From NCBI GenBank assembly GCA_051294375.1, contig CM119267.1, positions 11,543,553 through 11,607,552 of the forward strand: a stretch of 64,000 nt of DNA, given 5' to 3'. A model generated the notes under the pieces. It did no database searches and was not told where the DNA came from. It saw only the letters and a program-made list of their open reading frames with translations. Below, piece after piece: positions 13,701-25,039 of the stretch. Both the position numbers and the translations under genes were made by a program. Position 1 is the stretch's first letter. Each line of letters starts with the position of its first letter. The DNA is from Paraspadella gotoi (taxonomy: Eukaryota > Animalia > Chaetognatha).

Positions 13701-16700
13701 TCATAAATTCATAATAAAAATTCGTTGTATATTTAAAAATTTTTAACAAGAACGGTAATTCCAATGTGTCGCGCCGCAGTGACTTTATTCTAGTTTGATG
13801 GGGGCCCAATTCAAATTTTTGACTATACTTATTGAGATAGGCTACCCTTTCAGTATTCATACGTCCCATCGTCACGGTTTCTCTCTCCCATCCCCCTCTC
13901 TCTTTATCTCTTTTTCTTTCCCAAAAACCAACCTGAACATGTAGCCCTCCTGCCTTTCGTCCATTTTGATCTTCAGCTGATACTTCCTCTCGAACCCGCT
14001 AGAGTGATTCTCGTGACGTAGAAGTTGTTCAGAATCCACAGACGAATCTTTCACTTTACGGTTACTTTTGGAGTTTGTTTTTTTTTTTTTTTTTTTTTGG
14101 CGGGATGAAGTTGGTATAAAATAAAGTTGATTATCTTAATACCGAACAAACAATGTTATCTCGCGTTTTCTTGTTTATTTTGTAAACAAACAATTTTTTT
14201 TTCTTTCTAAGCCAGTGGTTCATTATTATTTTTTTAAGGATTTAAATTAAACTAATTTAATATTTTATTTGATATTTAACCCTCCCGCCCCAAGAGACCT
14301 TGAATAGACCAAAAGTGGCATCGCCTCTTGATGAATATGATTCTTTTTTTTCATGTCGAAATTACGATGCGATTGGCTAGACGAGACTGAAAGGACAGAT
14401 CAGTTTCGGGGCACTTATTATCCTAATTTTTTCCGAAATCTTTAATCCAATCCCAAATTTAATATTTAACCCTAATCCTAATTCTAAATATAATCCCTAA
14501 TCCTTAAACCTAATTTTTAAACCAAATAACAAACTTAATTCTGAGTTTAAGCTTTCGGGAAAAGATAGCCCGTTATAATTACGGCGTTACTGCGCAAACA
14601 CATATTATAAATTATCTAATTATCCGATTAAATGAGCACCTCTTATTGGAATTTGCTCGTTATCTCGGAAAGCGACGGAGCCGCCTCTGACCGTCGATCT
14701 TCGCCTGTCTTTCATAATGCTGCCTCGTCCCGGATTTGTCTCTGAAACGGAGCGAACAATTTAGAGGAAAAACATTATGACCATTGAAGGCAAAATAATA
14801 TTTTATATATTTTTATACAGAAAGAATGACAATAATATTGTAAATCTTAAGCATAATTAAAATCGAACCGAGTGTTAAATAATGACCACCTTAAAACCCC
14901 TCAAATTCGACCTCCCTTTTTCCACATTCGCGCCCTTAAACATTTTCGCCGAATATGACTGCCACTTAGAATCCGATTGAACAATTTTTTTTTTATTCAA
15001 AAGAGCGGACAGATTCATTTTGAACGCCTGGTTAGAAAGGTAAACGATGGCCTTGTAAAAAGAAAAATTGACAAGCCCTTGAGATATTTGGCTACTGAAA
15101 TCACAAGGTTTTAAATCGATTTTTCACAGAAATCTTGCCATAATTGACTCAAGATTTTATGTTGTCACAATTTTTCCTTTTAATTTATATAGAGAATAAA
15201 AATTTTTAAAATAGCAAAAGTCACTCCAGAAGTGAGTAGGTAATTTAATCCAGTTTGTTTGATATGAAAAATGTAGTCAAACGCTGTATAAAAATTTTTA
15301 CTAGCGGTTGAGACACTGCGCTATCAGAATATTGCATTTCTAAATCGACTTTTTAACTGGATCAAGGAGATATTGCTCAAGTTTTTCGGTAGATTCAAAC
15401 GAAAATCTCTATTGAAAAAATTTGGACTCTTTTGCTCACGAATAATCGACTTCTTGAAAAAAGATCTCTGCTCTCGAAATATGTAAAATTTTATATAAAA
15501 CTCGACTTACTCGCTGGACTGGAGAAGTCTTGCGTCGAGAAGTGGCTGAAAACAAGTTAAAATATTTCCTGGTTAAATTCTTCCCCCTCGTTGATTCTAT
15601 GGTGGACTAAAATCCACCAACCGTCATTCGCCTCCCAATCCTAATGTCCGGGGTTATACCCCGGTGGTCGCCTAGCAGTTAAGAGGGACGCGGCACTTAG
15701 CCCGCCTGTAACACGGTGTTACAGCCTGATCCGAAGCTCAGGGACTGCTTATATTGAACGGTTCTGTCATTATCACATAACAATTATTACTGTCTCTTGG
15801 CGTTTTTTTAATTTTTTATTTTGTTTGTTTTTTGTTTTTTGTTTTTTGTTTAAGATTGAATTACCCAGCTGACTCCCCTGTTGGAACCTCTAATCTGTTG
15901 CTCACGAACGACTGTTAAATAGGGTGAAAAATAATGCAAATTTTTCACGTTGCTATTTACTTTCTTTTCTGTGTGAGAGAAATTTCATTCATGATTCAGA
16001 AGATAAACTTACGGCGCCCCTCTTGTGGACGATGCTCCCTCGGACGTTGGATGCAATGGAACCTCTCAGACTGAAACCTTCGGCCGCGTCCATTTTCTTC
16101 CGCATATTGGCGAAACCAATATCGGTGGCGCTCAACTCCTGAATCGCGTTTATCGCAGAATTAGAATTAGACAGCTTTATTGCATTCATCATGGCTTGGT
16201 TCTCTCGCAACAATATTGTCCTGCTCATTATTGCTCAGCGCTGACATCATGCGATTACATCATGCTCATCATTGCCCAGCGATGACATCATGCAATGACA
16301 TCATGCTCATCATTGCTCAGCGATGACATTCATGCTCATCATTGCTCAGCGATGACATCATGCGATGACATCATGCTCATCATTGCTGCAGCGCTGACAT
16401 CATGCGATTACATCATGCTCATCATTGCCCAGCGATGACATCATTCAATACATATGCTCATCATTGGTCAGCGATGACATCATGCTCATCATTGCTCAGC
16501 GATGACATCATGCGATGACATCATGCTCATCATTGCTCAGCGCTGACATCATGCGATTACATCATGCTCATCATTGCCCAGCGATGACATCATGCAATGA
16601 CATCATGCTCATCATTGCTCAGCGATGACATCATGCTCATCATTCCTCAGCGATGACATCATGCGATGACATCATGCTCATCATTGCTCAGCAATGACTT

Positions 16701-17175
16701 CATGCGATGACATCATGCTCATCATTGCTCAGCGATGACATCATGCGATGACATCGTGCTCATCATTTCTCAGTGATGACATCATGCGATGATGCATCGT
16801 GCTCATCATTTCTCAGTGATGACATCATGCGAATCATTGCCCAGCGATGACATCATGCGATGACATCATGCTCATCATTGCTCAGCGATGACATCATGCG
16901 ATGACATCGTGCTCATCATTTCTCAGTGATGACATCATGCGATGACATCGTGCTCATCATTTCTCGGTGATGACATCATGCGATGACATCATGCTCATCA
17001 TTGCCCAGCGATGATATCATGTGATGACATCATGCTCATCATTGCTCAGCGATGACATCATGCTCATCATTGCTCAGTGATGACATCATGCGATGACATC
17101 ATGCTCATCATTGCTATGCGATGACATCATTCTCATCATTGCTCAGCGATGACAATATTTCGACCGCGAAGACCT

Positions 17176-17207
<32 letters not shown>

Positions 17208-19100
17208 CCGAATCTAACGCTTTCTCTTCTGTTATCGTATCCCGGGGAAGAGTCCTGTTATTTGTTTGTTAGCCTATATCATATATGTTCTATTAATTTT
17301 CTCTTTTCTTAGTTATTGTTTTTTTTTTTTATCGCAACTTTACCTGAATCCATGTTTCTTGACTGATTTGGTCGCCGGAATTGACCCTAAGTAAAATAAG
17401 AGAGAGTTGACTAACACAGGTCGTTTACTACTTAATAATTGTCAGTGAATGCAATTAATTGTTATAGATTAATGATCGATATTTCCCGCGATTGTGACTC
17501 ACCTGCTACCATTTTTCTTCTTCTCCGTACTTCCGCTGCGAACTTTGGAGTGTCGTCTCAAAAAGAGTTGATGATCCCAAGGAGCCTCGTCACCGTCTAT
17601 GTATGAAGAAAGTTAAGTTTACAATGGATTCCGAAAGCAGCTGATGATTGAATCGACATAGAATAAACAACAAACACTGAACAAAAGATCTTAAGTGGTT
17701 AATGACGTAACAATAACTAATGTAACAACGGACTATCGTATTGCATCGACGATATTTAGAGCAGGGAACTCATAATGAGATATATATATAAATGTGTTTC
17801 TTTGTTTGTTTATTTCTGACCGCCGTATTTGTCGACGTCAACGTATAGTTGTCCTAAAGTTCTGTACTTTGCGCCTCCGTCTTCTTCTTGCAAATACCGT
17901 AGATCACGAATCTGAAAAGTGAGTGAAAAGACTAAAACTTTAGTATAAACTTAAACTATTAGTAATAATGAAATTGGTACAACCAATATAAAAATTATCC
18001 ATTCATTTAATAAATAAGCTATCTTGCCCCTGACTTTGGACAGGCTTTGGTGGTTTAAGGCCTCCATCACTCTTACAAGATAATGACATAGCAGGTCCCT
18101 ACAAGCTTTCAATCAAGACTCTCTCACAGTCCCGATTATTCACTCCCAGAGTACCTGGCTTCCCTATCAATGAAGTGGAATATAATTCTTAACGATTAAA
18201 TAAAAATTTATGACGCTAGCCTTTAACAGGTGATTGTCGACGAAACTTTTGTCCATGAGTTTGAGATTCACGTGATTTCCACCTTTCCGGATGAAAGGCT
18301 CGAGGTTACTAGTTTCTAGGGAATACCTTGGATATGAATGGAGCAAAATGGATTTCATTACGGTTGGGCTCATAGGTTAGCTCATAGTTCAATTTCAACA
18401 GCTACACGGAGGCTGGTCAGGAGCTTTTAAATAGGAAGCTTGCCGATAGTCGATACGTTACCACAACATTTATTTACTGTTTTTCAACCCTCCCTGACCC
18501 CCTATCGATGCCAGTCCTCTGACATCCGCATTTATTACTCGTCACGACAACACTTCCAGTAACCACGCCCACTTTCTCCGATCCCATGGAACCTTTTCTT
18601 GGGCTTCCTGGCGGCCGCCCGCAAACGTTCTCGGTGATCGTTGGAACAGAGATAGAATTTTTTGGGCCTTGGCGGCGGGAGGACAATAGAGTCTCCCTGT
18701 AGAAATAAAATGAGTTTTCTTTAAAAATGAAAGTCGAAGATTAAATGAGTGACGAAAGATTGTCTAATTTAAAAAAGTCCTATCCCCAACAGCGGCTGAG
18801 AATAAGGGCGAGAGCGGTTCGAGACCCGTACGCCTCAAAAACATGAACATTTTGGAAATGTAGACAGAAATGTCGCCCACGACGTAAACTCTCATGACAA
18901 TCCGCAAGAGGCGCCACAACCTTCGATTTGGCGTCAAATGTGAAACAACTCACATGAAGGGAAGGATTTCTTCCAACGACGACGAGACTTGTGTCCGGTT
19001 TATCGTGTCTATTAATCACGGCCAAGCACAAAAAGAAAATGTGAGAAATTAAAACAAAAAATAATTAATTAATTAATTAATTAATTAATTAATTAATTAA

Positions 19101-19176
<76 letters not shown>

Positions 19177-19586
19177 ATATAAAAAATAAATAAATAAATA
19201 AATCTATAAATTAAGAAAGATTAATAAAAAATAAAATAAATATTAAATAAATATTAAATAAATTTTAAATAAATAAATATTAAATACATATTAAATAAAT
19301 ATAAAGAAAATAAATAAATAAATATAAAGAAAATAAATAAAGAAACAAATGGTACGGAGAGCTGGACAGCAAGCAGCAATCCCGGCTGCAATCGCCTCGA
19401 CAACATCGAACGAGATCCTCGATCGGACCTGTCCGGATTTCTGCTGTTGAAGAAACTCCACCATCTGTCGTACGGAGAGATAATTAAGCGCGCGGGGAGG
19501 AGACCCGATCCCGAGAACTCCCCCATGTTGTCGTTGTGGTTGTTTTGGTCGTCGGAGTCTGTCCTGTCGGCGAGCGATCAAACTTT
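9647..19586 (-). CDS. Uncharacterised multi-exon protein (about 22 exons, about 680 aa, 5' end unresolved)
   Basis: Phase-compatible GT-AG exons: 19356-19586, 18954-19008, 18573-18696, 17821-17911, 17503-17596, 17344-17386, 17165-17254, 16013-16138, 15865-15911, 15511-15545, 14640-14741, 14281-14386, 13933-14064, 11644-11708, 11431-11529, 11132-11255, 10970-11069, 10783-10891, 10545-10642, 10424-10447, 10247-10290, 9647-9767. They give one open frame ending PTVTEERIQEIVPRKIHG*. An alternative end is read-through of exon 20 to TAA at 10409. The start codon is uncertain and some splice sites are weak. Confidence 0.65.
11818..13670. mobile_element. Non-autonomous foldback-type DNA transposon with about 500-bp terminal inverted repeats, intronic
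   Basis: Left arm GAGGTCCCAGAAATATCATAC...TTGGCC (11818 to about 12313) is the diverged reverse complement of about 13166-13670 (...TTTCTGGGAGCTC). TA flanks both ends. There is no transposase ORF. An internal direct repeat lies at about 12520-12617 and 12864-12961. Confidence 0.85.
15600..15763 (-). ncRNA. Candidate structured RNA of unknown family, intronic
   Basis: GC-rich island with seven short nested or adjacent stems, including a C(UUCG)G loop on the minus strand. No known family recognised. Confidence 0.35.
16212..17159. repeat. Intronic minisatellite built from 13-bp and 28-bp subunits (41-bp composite unit)
   Basis: GATGACATCATGC plus GATGACATCATGCTCATCATTGCTCAGC repeated more than 20 times. 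The unit length is not a multiple of 3 and the array lies between exons 7 and 8 of the uncharacterised gene. Confidence 0.95.
17970..18190 (+). repeat. Dispersed repeat family R1 (about 220-250 bp)
   Basis: GAAATTGGTACAACCAATAT...GCTATCTTGCCCCTGA...CACTCCCAGAGTACCTGGCTTCC recurs at several other places in the window. Confidence 0.85.
19062..19205. repeat. (TAAT)n(TAAA)n microsatellite, intronic
   Basis: Read directly from the sequence. Confidence 0.95.
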
Positions 19587-19795
19587 CTATTGAAAAGAAA
19601 GAAATTCGTAAAAAAAAATCCCGAAAAAGTTCGCTATGCCGGTTTAAAATACGATCAATTTTAAAACGCGTTGGACTAATCGGCTAATTAAATTTAGCGT
19701 TTATACCTCAGAGTGATTAGTGGTGGATGGGTGTTTCCTTGAAAAGTAAAATATTTTTAATGTAATTGAGAGCTTGGTTTTACACTTACCCTCTC

Positions 19796-19869
<74 letters not shown>

Positions 19870-20434
19870 CTCCCACTTTCTTGCCTCATCGGTGCAAAAT
19901 CGGGGGAAAAAACTTTTTTTTGGAAAATTTGAATTTATTTCCTCCTTTCATGCCGAGGAATTGTAGAGCGGAGAAAAGCTCCATATTTGCTTTGCCCTTT
20001 TTTTTCCCGAGTTTAAAATTTTCTTTCAAACATTTTTTTTCAATTTATTTTTCTATCAATAAACTTTTTTTTTTTTAATCAGTTTTATATTATTCTCTTT
20101 TTATCCCATTTTAATAACATTTTTCGGTTCAAATACAAAATCGAACCAAGTTTTTTTCTCCTAAATTTTCATTCCGGCTCGAAACTGGTCGTCAGATTCA
20201 AAACGACGACGAAGACGAACGAGTGACAAGGAAGAGAATCATTAAAACGTCTTAGATGACCCCAAAGAAATCCAAATGTATTTTTCTTCACTCTCTCTTT
20301 CCCTACCTCCTCTTTATCCCTTCCTCCTTCCATCACTTCCCGAGAGGAGGGAACGTTACGGCCAAAACAAATTTTATGGGGAAGTGAGGAAGTTTCCTTC
20401 GCCTCTGATAAGACCTGAGAGACTCGAATATTCC

Positions 20435-20612
20435 GCCTCGCCTCTCTCGCTCCAGTCCAGTCGTTTTCTCTCTCTTTCTCTTTCTCTCTCTCTCTCTCTT
20501 TCACCTCTCTCGCTCCAGTCCAGTCGTTTTCTCTCTCTCTCTCTCTTTCTCTTTCTCTCTCTCTCTCTTTTCTCTCTCTTTCGCCTCTCTCGCTCCAGTC
20601 GAGTCGTTTTCT
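20435..20612 (+). repeat. Three copies of CGCCTCTCTCGCTCCAGTC(C/G)AGTCGTTTTCTC separated by CT tracts
   Basis: Copies at about 20439, 20502 and 20582. Confidence 0.85.
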
Positions 20613-21106
20613 CCGTGAAAATCTCAGCCCTCCTGGTTCACTCTTTTTGGCAGTTAAATACTAAATTTTATTTTTTTTTTTTACATTTATGTTTTTAAAA
20701 AATAATCTCAAAGTTTTAATTTAGTTTAATAAATTTTTATTTTTTTAAGATAAAACTTAATAAAAAAATATATGATAACAAAACAAAGAAAAAATAAATA
20801 TTTTATTTTATTATTACTTGTTTTAAGCGATACACCTTATTCACCTTATTCACCTTATTCTAATATTTTACGTTTTCCCTATTACTATCATCCTTGATAT
20901 AAAAAAATTGTAGATATGTATTTATATTTCAAATCTTTCTATTTTTTAATTAATCAAACATCTTCAACGAAAGCAAGAACAAAAAAGCGAGAAAAAGGAC
21001 ACGTGCAAAGAAAAAACTTTTTTTGTACTGTCACTGGTGGTGTTTGAAAATTTAAGCAAGTTCTTGCGTCCAATTTAAATTTAAACTGTTCATTTTATCT
21101 CAATTT

Positions 21107-23921
21107 TCAAACCGAATTCATGTCGATCGTGGGAAATATTGGTTGATCGATTTTCTCATTGTCAAAGTACCACGTCTCCCGCGAATCCGTCACGACTTTC
21201 GATCGGACGGCGGTTGGCGATTCGCTCGAAGGGTCGCTGAGAAACGAATCGGGTTCGCTGCGGCAAGATGACGTGGGCTGAAGGAACTTAGCGGAGTGGC
21301 CCTCTTCTTTGGATTGCGGAAGAACTGTTTCGCCGTTATCGGTACTCGGGAGTAGCACGGACGATGTGGTGGCGACGGTAGGGAGTTGGCCTGAGGCGAA
21401 TCAGGGCCAGGCTCTCTCGTCAATATTTAGAAAACGTAAACCCTTTCTAATTTTAGCATAAGTATGACGGGCCTATAATTTTATTAGCACGATCTTAGCT
21501 ATACTACTCTCAACTAACTTCATACCTAGAACCCGAGCTAACTTTTCGTTGAGCGGTTTCCTGGTGTGGCGCCACTTAGCAAGCGCCTGATCCAGCGCTT
21601 CGACGTAGTCCGGATGGATTTGCCAGTATCCTCCCTTCCCTTGTATATTTTTCGAGCGTGGCACTTTGACGAAGGCGCTGTTCAAGGACAGATTGTGTCG
21701 GATGATGTTCTAGAAAGAGGTAAATGTGAAATAGGGTTTTTTAAAATGAATATTTGAGCAATATGAATAATAATTTATAAGTTTTATGGGGTTTTTTTTA
21801 TCAGCCTACATATAATTACTTAATACTTATATCGCCAACCTGCCAGTTCGTTCTGGTATTTTTGTAAAATGCATAGTTTTCTTTGATATACGCGTAAATC
21901 TCGGCAAGGCTGACGGCGCGCTTCTTCGACTTCATCGCCAAATAGATGAGGGAAGAGTAGCTGAAGGGCGGCTTCAACGAGTCGTCCGTCTTGAAGTCGA
22001 TGGGAGGATGCAGTGGCCCGATAGTTGCTGAATATTGAGTAGGGAGTTTCTAGAAATAAAACTTTCTGTGGCGCTTATTGCACGGCCAACGTCAGCTTTT
22101 CAAAAAAGCGATAGTTTTAAAGAAAACTGACACAATATGCAAATGAGGTTTAAAATGAGGTTCGTAGAAAATAGATATGATCCAATCCAATAGTCAACCA
22201 CCTGTCATCGGCAGAGGATGATTTTCTTGATCGATGGAATCGTTCTTGTCTCTCGTCGACTTCGCTCCCTCGTTCACTTCCATCCCGCTTTCCTCGTCAA
22301 CGACGACCATCTGAGGCTTATCGCTGCTCGTGAGAAGAAACGAGTTCTCTTCTAGCGATTGATGAGAGACAGGGACCGAGGCATCCTTGTTTGGAGACCT
22401 TAGCTGCTCAGTCGGTTGTTTATCTGAAATGAAAGATTTTGATAGTCAGGATATTAAAGAAGACAAATCGATCGATCAATCAATCGATTATTCGAACCGT
22501 CGCCGACGATTTCGAGCCCGTCGTCTAATTCGCCGCCTCCTTCCAATGATTCCACTTGATCCCGACGATCCTCTGTCAAGTTTATAGTCAATGGCCCCGT
22601 CGACGTCGTCAATGGCGGCTTTGGTGTCGTAAATATGGGCTTGATCGTCGCCGGCGACCCAATGCTGTAGACAATTTGCGTCGAACCTCGGCTTTTCGCC
22701 AATACCGACTGAGAAGGCGACGGGGCAGCGAGCGGCATCGTCGTCTTCATCGAAGGGAACCGCGGGATGGCAAAATCAGCCATGGCGCCGCCGACGACTG
22801 ACTTAAGCGCCGACGCTGGCGCCGCAACGGAGATGACGGGATTCGTTTGACTGGATGGCTCGGCCATCAAAGTTTTTCGCTGCCAGTTGGAGATCGCGAG
22901 GCTGCTTGGGACCTAAGTATTGGATAATTTATAATGGATAACTGGTTATTTTAAAAATTACAGCTCATTTATTTTCAAAAAATTGTAATCAATGTGTTTG
23001 TTACGTTTAACATTTTATTTTTTACATCAAACCCCAAATCGTTTCTTCAAATAATTAAAATTGTCAATCACCTCCGTACTGGCGTTGGTTGCCATCTTCT
23101 TGAAAAGAGTGTTGGCGCAATACATTTCAGCTGGTCGGCGGGCAGCGACGCTAAAGTCGGGAGCATTGCCAGAGTAGTTCCGTGGATGTTCTAGGGTGTA
23201 GCAATTTTTTGAATGTTCAGATTATATGTTTATTACTCTTTTGTAATTTTTTATTTCCTTAGGGTTAAAAGTAAAACAAAATTTCAATCTTTTTTTTGAA
23301 GAAAATATCCTTATGTTATGTACTATTATCGCACTTACTAGTCGGCGTGTTCGACGGATTCGTCCTGTTCTTTCGTCTCTCTTTCGCGCGACGATTTTTA
23401 AACCAATTTTTGATGGTGGATTCCGCGAGACCTAACTTCTTTTGAAGGCAGATTCGGGCCCAGACGTCGGGGAACGGATCGAGACGAAAGACAAACTCCA
23501 ATATCTCTAGCTGAGCGCTACCTATTGTCGGCCTGAAATTGAGAAAAAATATGCCATCTTAAAACCTTGTTTGATTGCAGATTTACACCTCATTTTACCT
23601 GATTCTCTTTGTGTTAGGGACGTTTCTAAGATCTATACGCTTTGTAGTAAAATTTTGAGCGAAAACCATGTTGAAGGGATCCTCTGTAGGCAGTGTCGGA
23701 ACTCCCACAATAGCATGGCTTTCTTTCCGTACTAAAGAATCTTCGTTCACGTACAGTAAATTCTGCTTGGACTGAGCGTCGAAACTGTAAGCACCAGGAT
23801 TAAAGACCGACGTTTTGGCTGCTGTTGAAGACCCCGAAGCCGTCCCCGAAGCCGCGGTCCATTGGAATACCGTGTGCGAGGGTTTCGACGTAGCTGCTGG
23901 CACAGTTGCTTTAAACTCCAT
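21107..23921 (-). CDS. Homeodomain plus forkhead (FoxJ1-like) dual DNA-binding-domain transcription factor, 8 coding exons, about 642 aa
   Basis: Hand-spliced exons: 23599-23921, 23339-23532, 23072-23190, 22498-22912, 22202-22423, 21840-22027, 21526-21709, 21107-21390. All introns are GT-AG with compatible phases (2,1,0,1,1,0,1). Total 1929 nt = 643 codons with no internal stop. The exon 6 acceptor (22027) was chosen to fit phase; an alternative AG near 22050 would need a different donor. Confidence 0.8.
21611..21974 (-). other. Forkhead (winged-helix) domain, FoxJ1-like
   Basis: [54 protein letters not shown]|[33 protein letters not shown]. The upstream IDFKT, the GKGGxW motif and the intron at WQ|N all resemble FoxJ1. 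Confidence 0.93.
23367..23612 (-). other. Homeobox, split by a 66-nt intron in codon 5
   Basis: [60 protein letters not shown] is exactly 60 aa, with R5, Q12, L13, L16, F20, P26, D27, R31, L34, L40, W48, F49, K50, N51, R53 and K55. Confidence 0.95.
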
Positions 23922-24440
23922 AGCTGATGTAGTAGTGGATTTAATAATTTTAATCCAATAATTTTATTATGAAAAACACGAATATTTGTTTATTTGGATG
24001 TTTCTCAGAAAAAGTGAATTCTACGAAGGAATTCTTTGCTTGTTTGTTTTTATTTGGGAACTGACTTTAATCCGACAGGATCTCTTAAACTTGAACCTTT
24101 TTTTTTTCATAGTAACATTTAAACATGGCTTTTGTAGTCTAACTCCCCCTTCGGCTTTTGATCAGAACAACATTTATGGATTTAATATTTGGGAGAAGAA
24201 AAAGTTGATTACGACACCGATGATAGCGACGATGACGATGGAAACGACGGCGTTGATGCCGCTGTATTAAATCATTATTATTAAGTCGGACTTTAAGTTA
24301 TGAAGTTACTAAGTTGTTGAGATGTCGATTTATTGCCAAAAGGCAATAATCGCAACAACAGCTCAGCTTGAAAACAAACAATTCACTCGAAGTCGAAAAG
24401 GTAGCAGTGAGAGAATGGGGCGGAAAGTCGGGAGGGGAGG

Positions 24441-24490
<50 letters not shown>

Positions 24491-24832
24491 CAATGAGACG
24501 CTTTCTGTACATATGTCTAAGACGATTATGACTTTGGCAAATAGAGAAAGCTCTTAAAGCTTCAGGACACCAGGTGGACGAATAGAGGAGGAAGAAGACG
24601 AACTAATGAGAAAAAAAAATAGGATGAGAATGAAGAGGAATAAGACCGAAAGGAATTAGAGAATAGAGGGAGAATACTGGCGCAAAACGAGAGAGGGAGT
24701 AGGGTTAAATAAAAGGAGGGAAAGCTGAGGTAAGGTACATCAAAACGCCACATTTATTTGTATCCTGTGAAAAATTGCTAGAATGTGGCGAATCCTAAAA
24801 TCGCCTCCCGTAGAGCTTGGTGAAATTCAGTT

Positions 24833-24980
24833 CGTCCCATTGGCTTGGACAGCTCGTTAACCGACCGTGAGTTCCGGGTTCAATCCCCTCACGGTCACGC
24901 TGGTTAAAGTGTGATGGTGTCGGTATAAAAAAGCCAGTGACATGGGGTGGTCACTGCAGGTTCAAAGCCCTGAGCGCCTT
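24833..24980 (+). mobile_element. tRNA-derived SINE-like element
   Basis: B-box CCGGGTTCAATCCC followed by a tail (GCCAGTGAC...GGTCACTG) shared with 6265-6365 (+), and related to 8000-8062 (-). Confidence 0.5.
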
Positions 24981-25039
24981 ATGACCGTCTAAAACTTTTG
25001 ATTAATTGTCAACGAACTATGTTATTCGAAACGTCTTCT

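Noticed and set aside
16212-17159. CRISPR array or coding repeat
   Set aside because: There are no unique spacers and no cas genes, the context is a eukaryotic intron, and the 41-bp unit introduces frequent stops.
23945-24075. Autoregulatory TAATCC and TGTTTA sites upstream of the homeodomain-forkhead gene
   Set aside because: Such hexamers are expected by chance in AT-rich DNA.
24833-24905. Functional tRNA gene
   Set aside because: A B-box is present but there is no cloverleaf, and the shared downstream tail indicates a SINE-like repeat.
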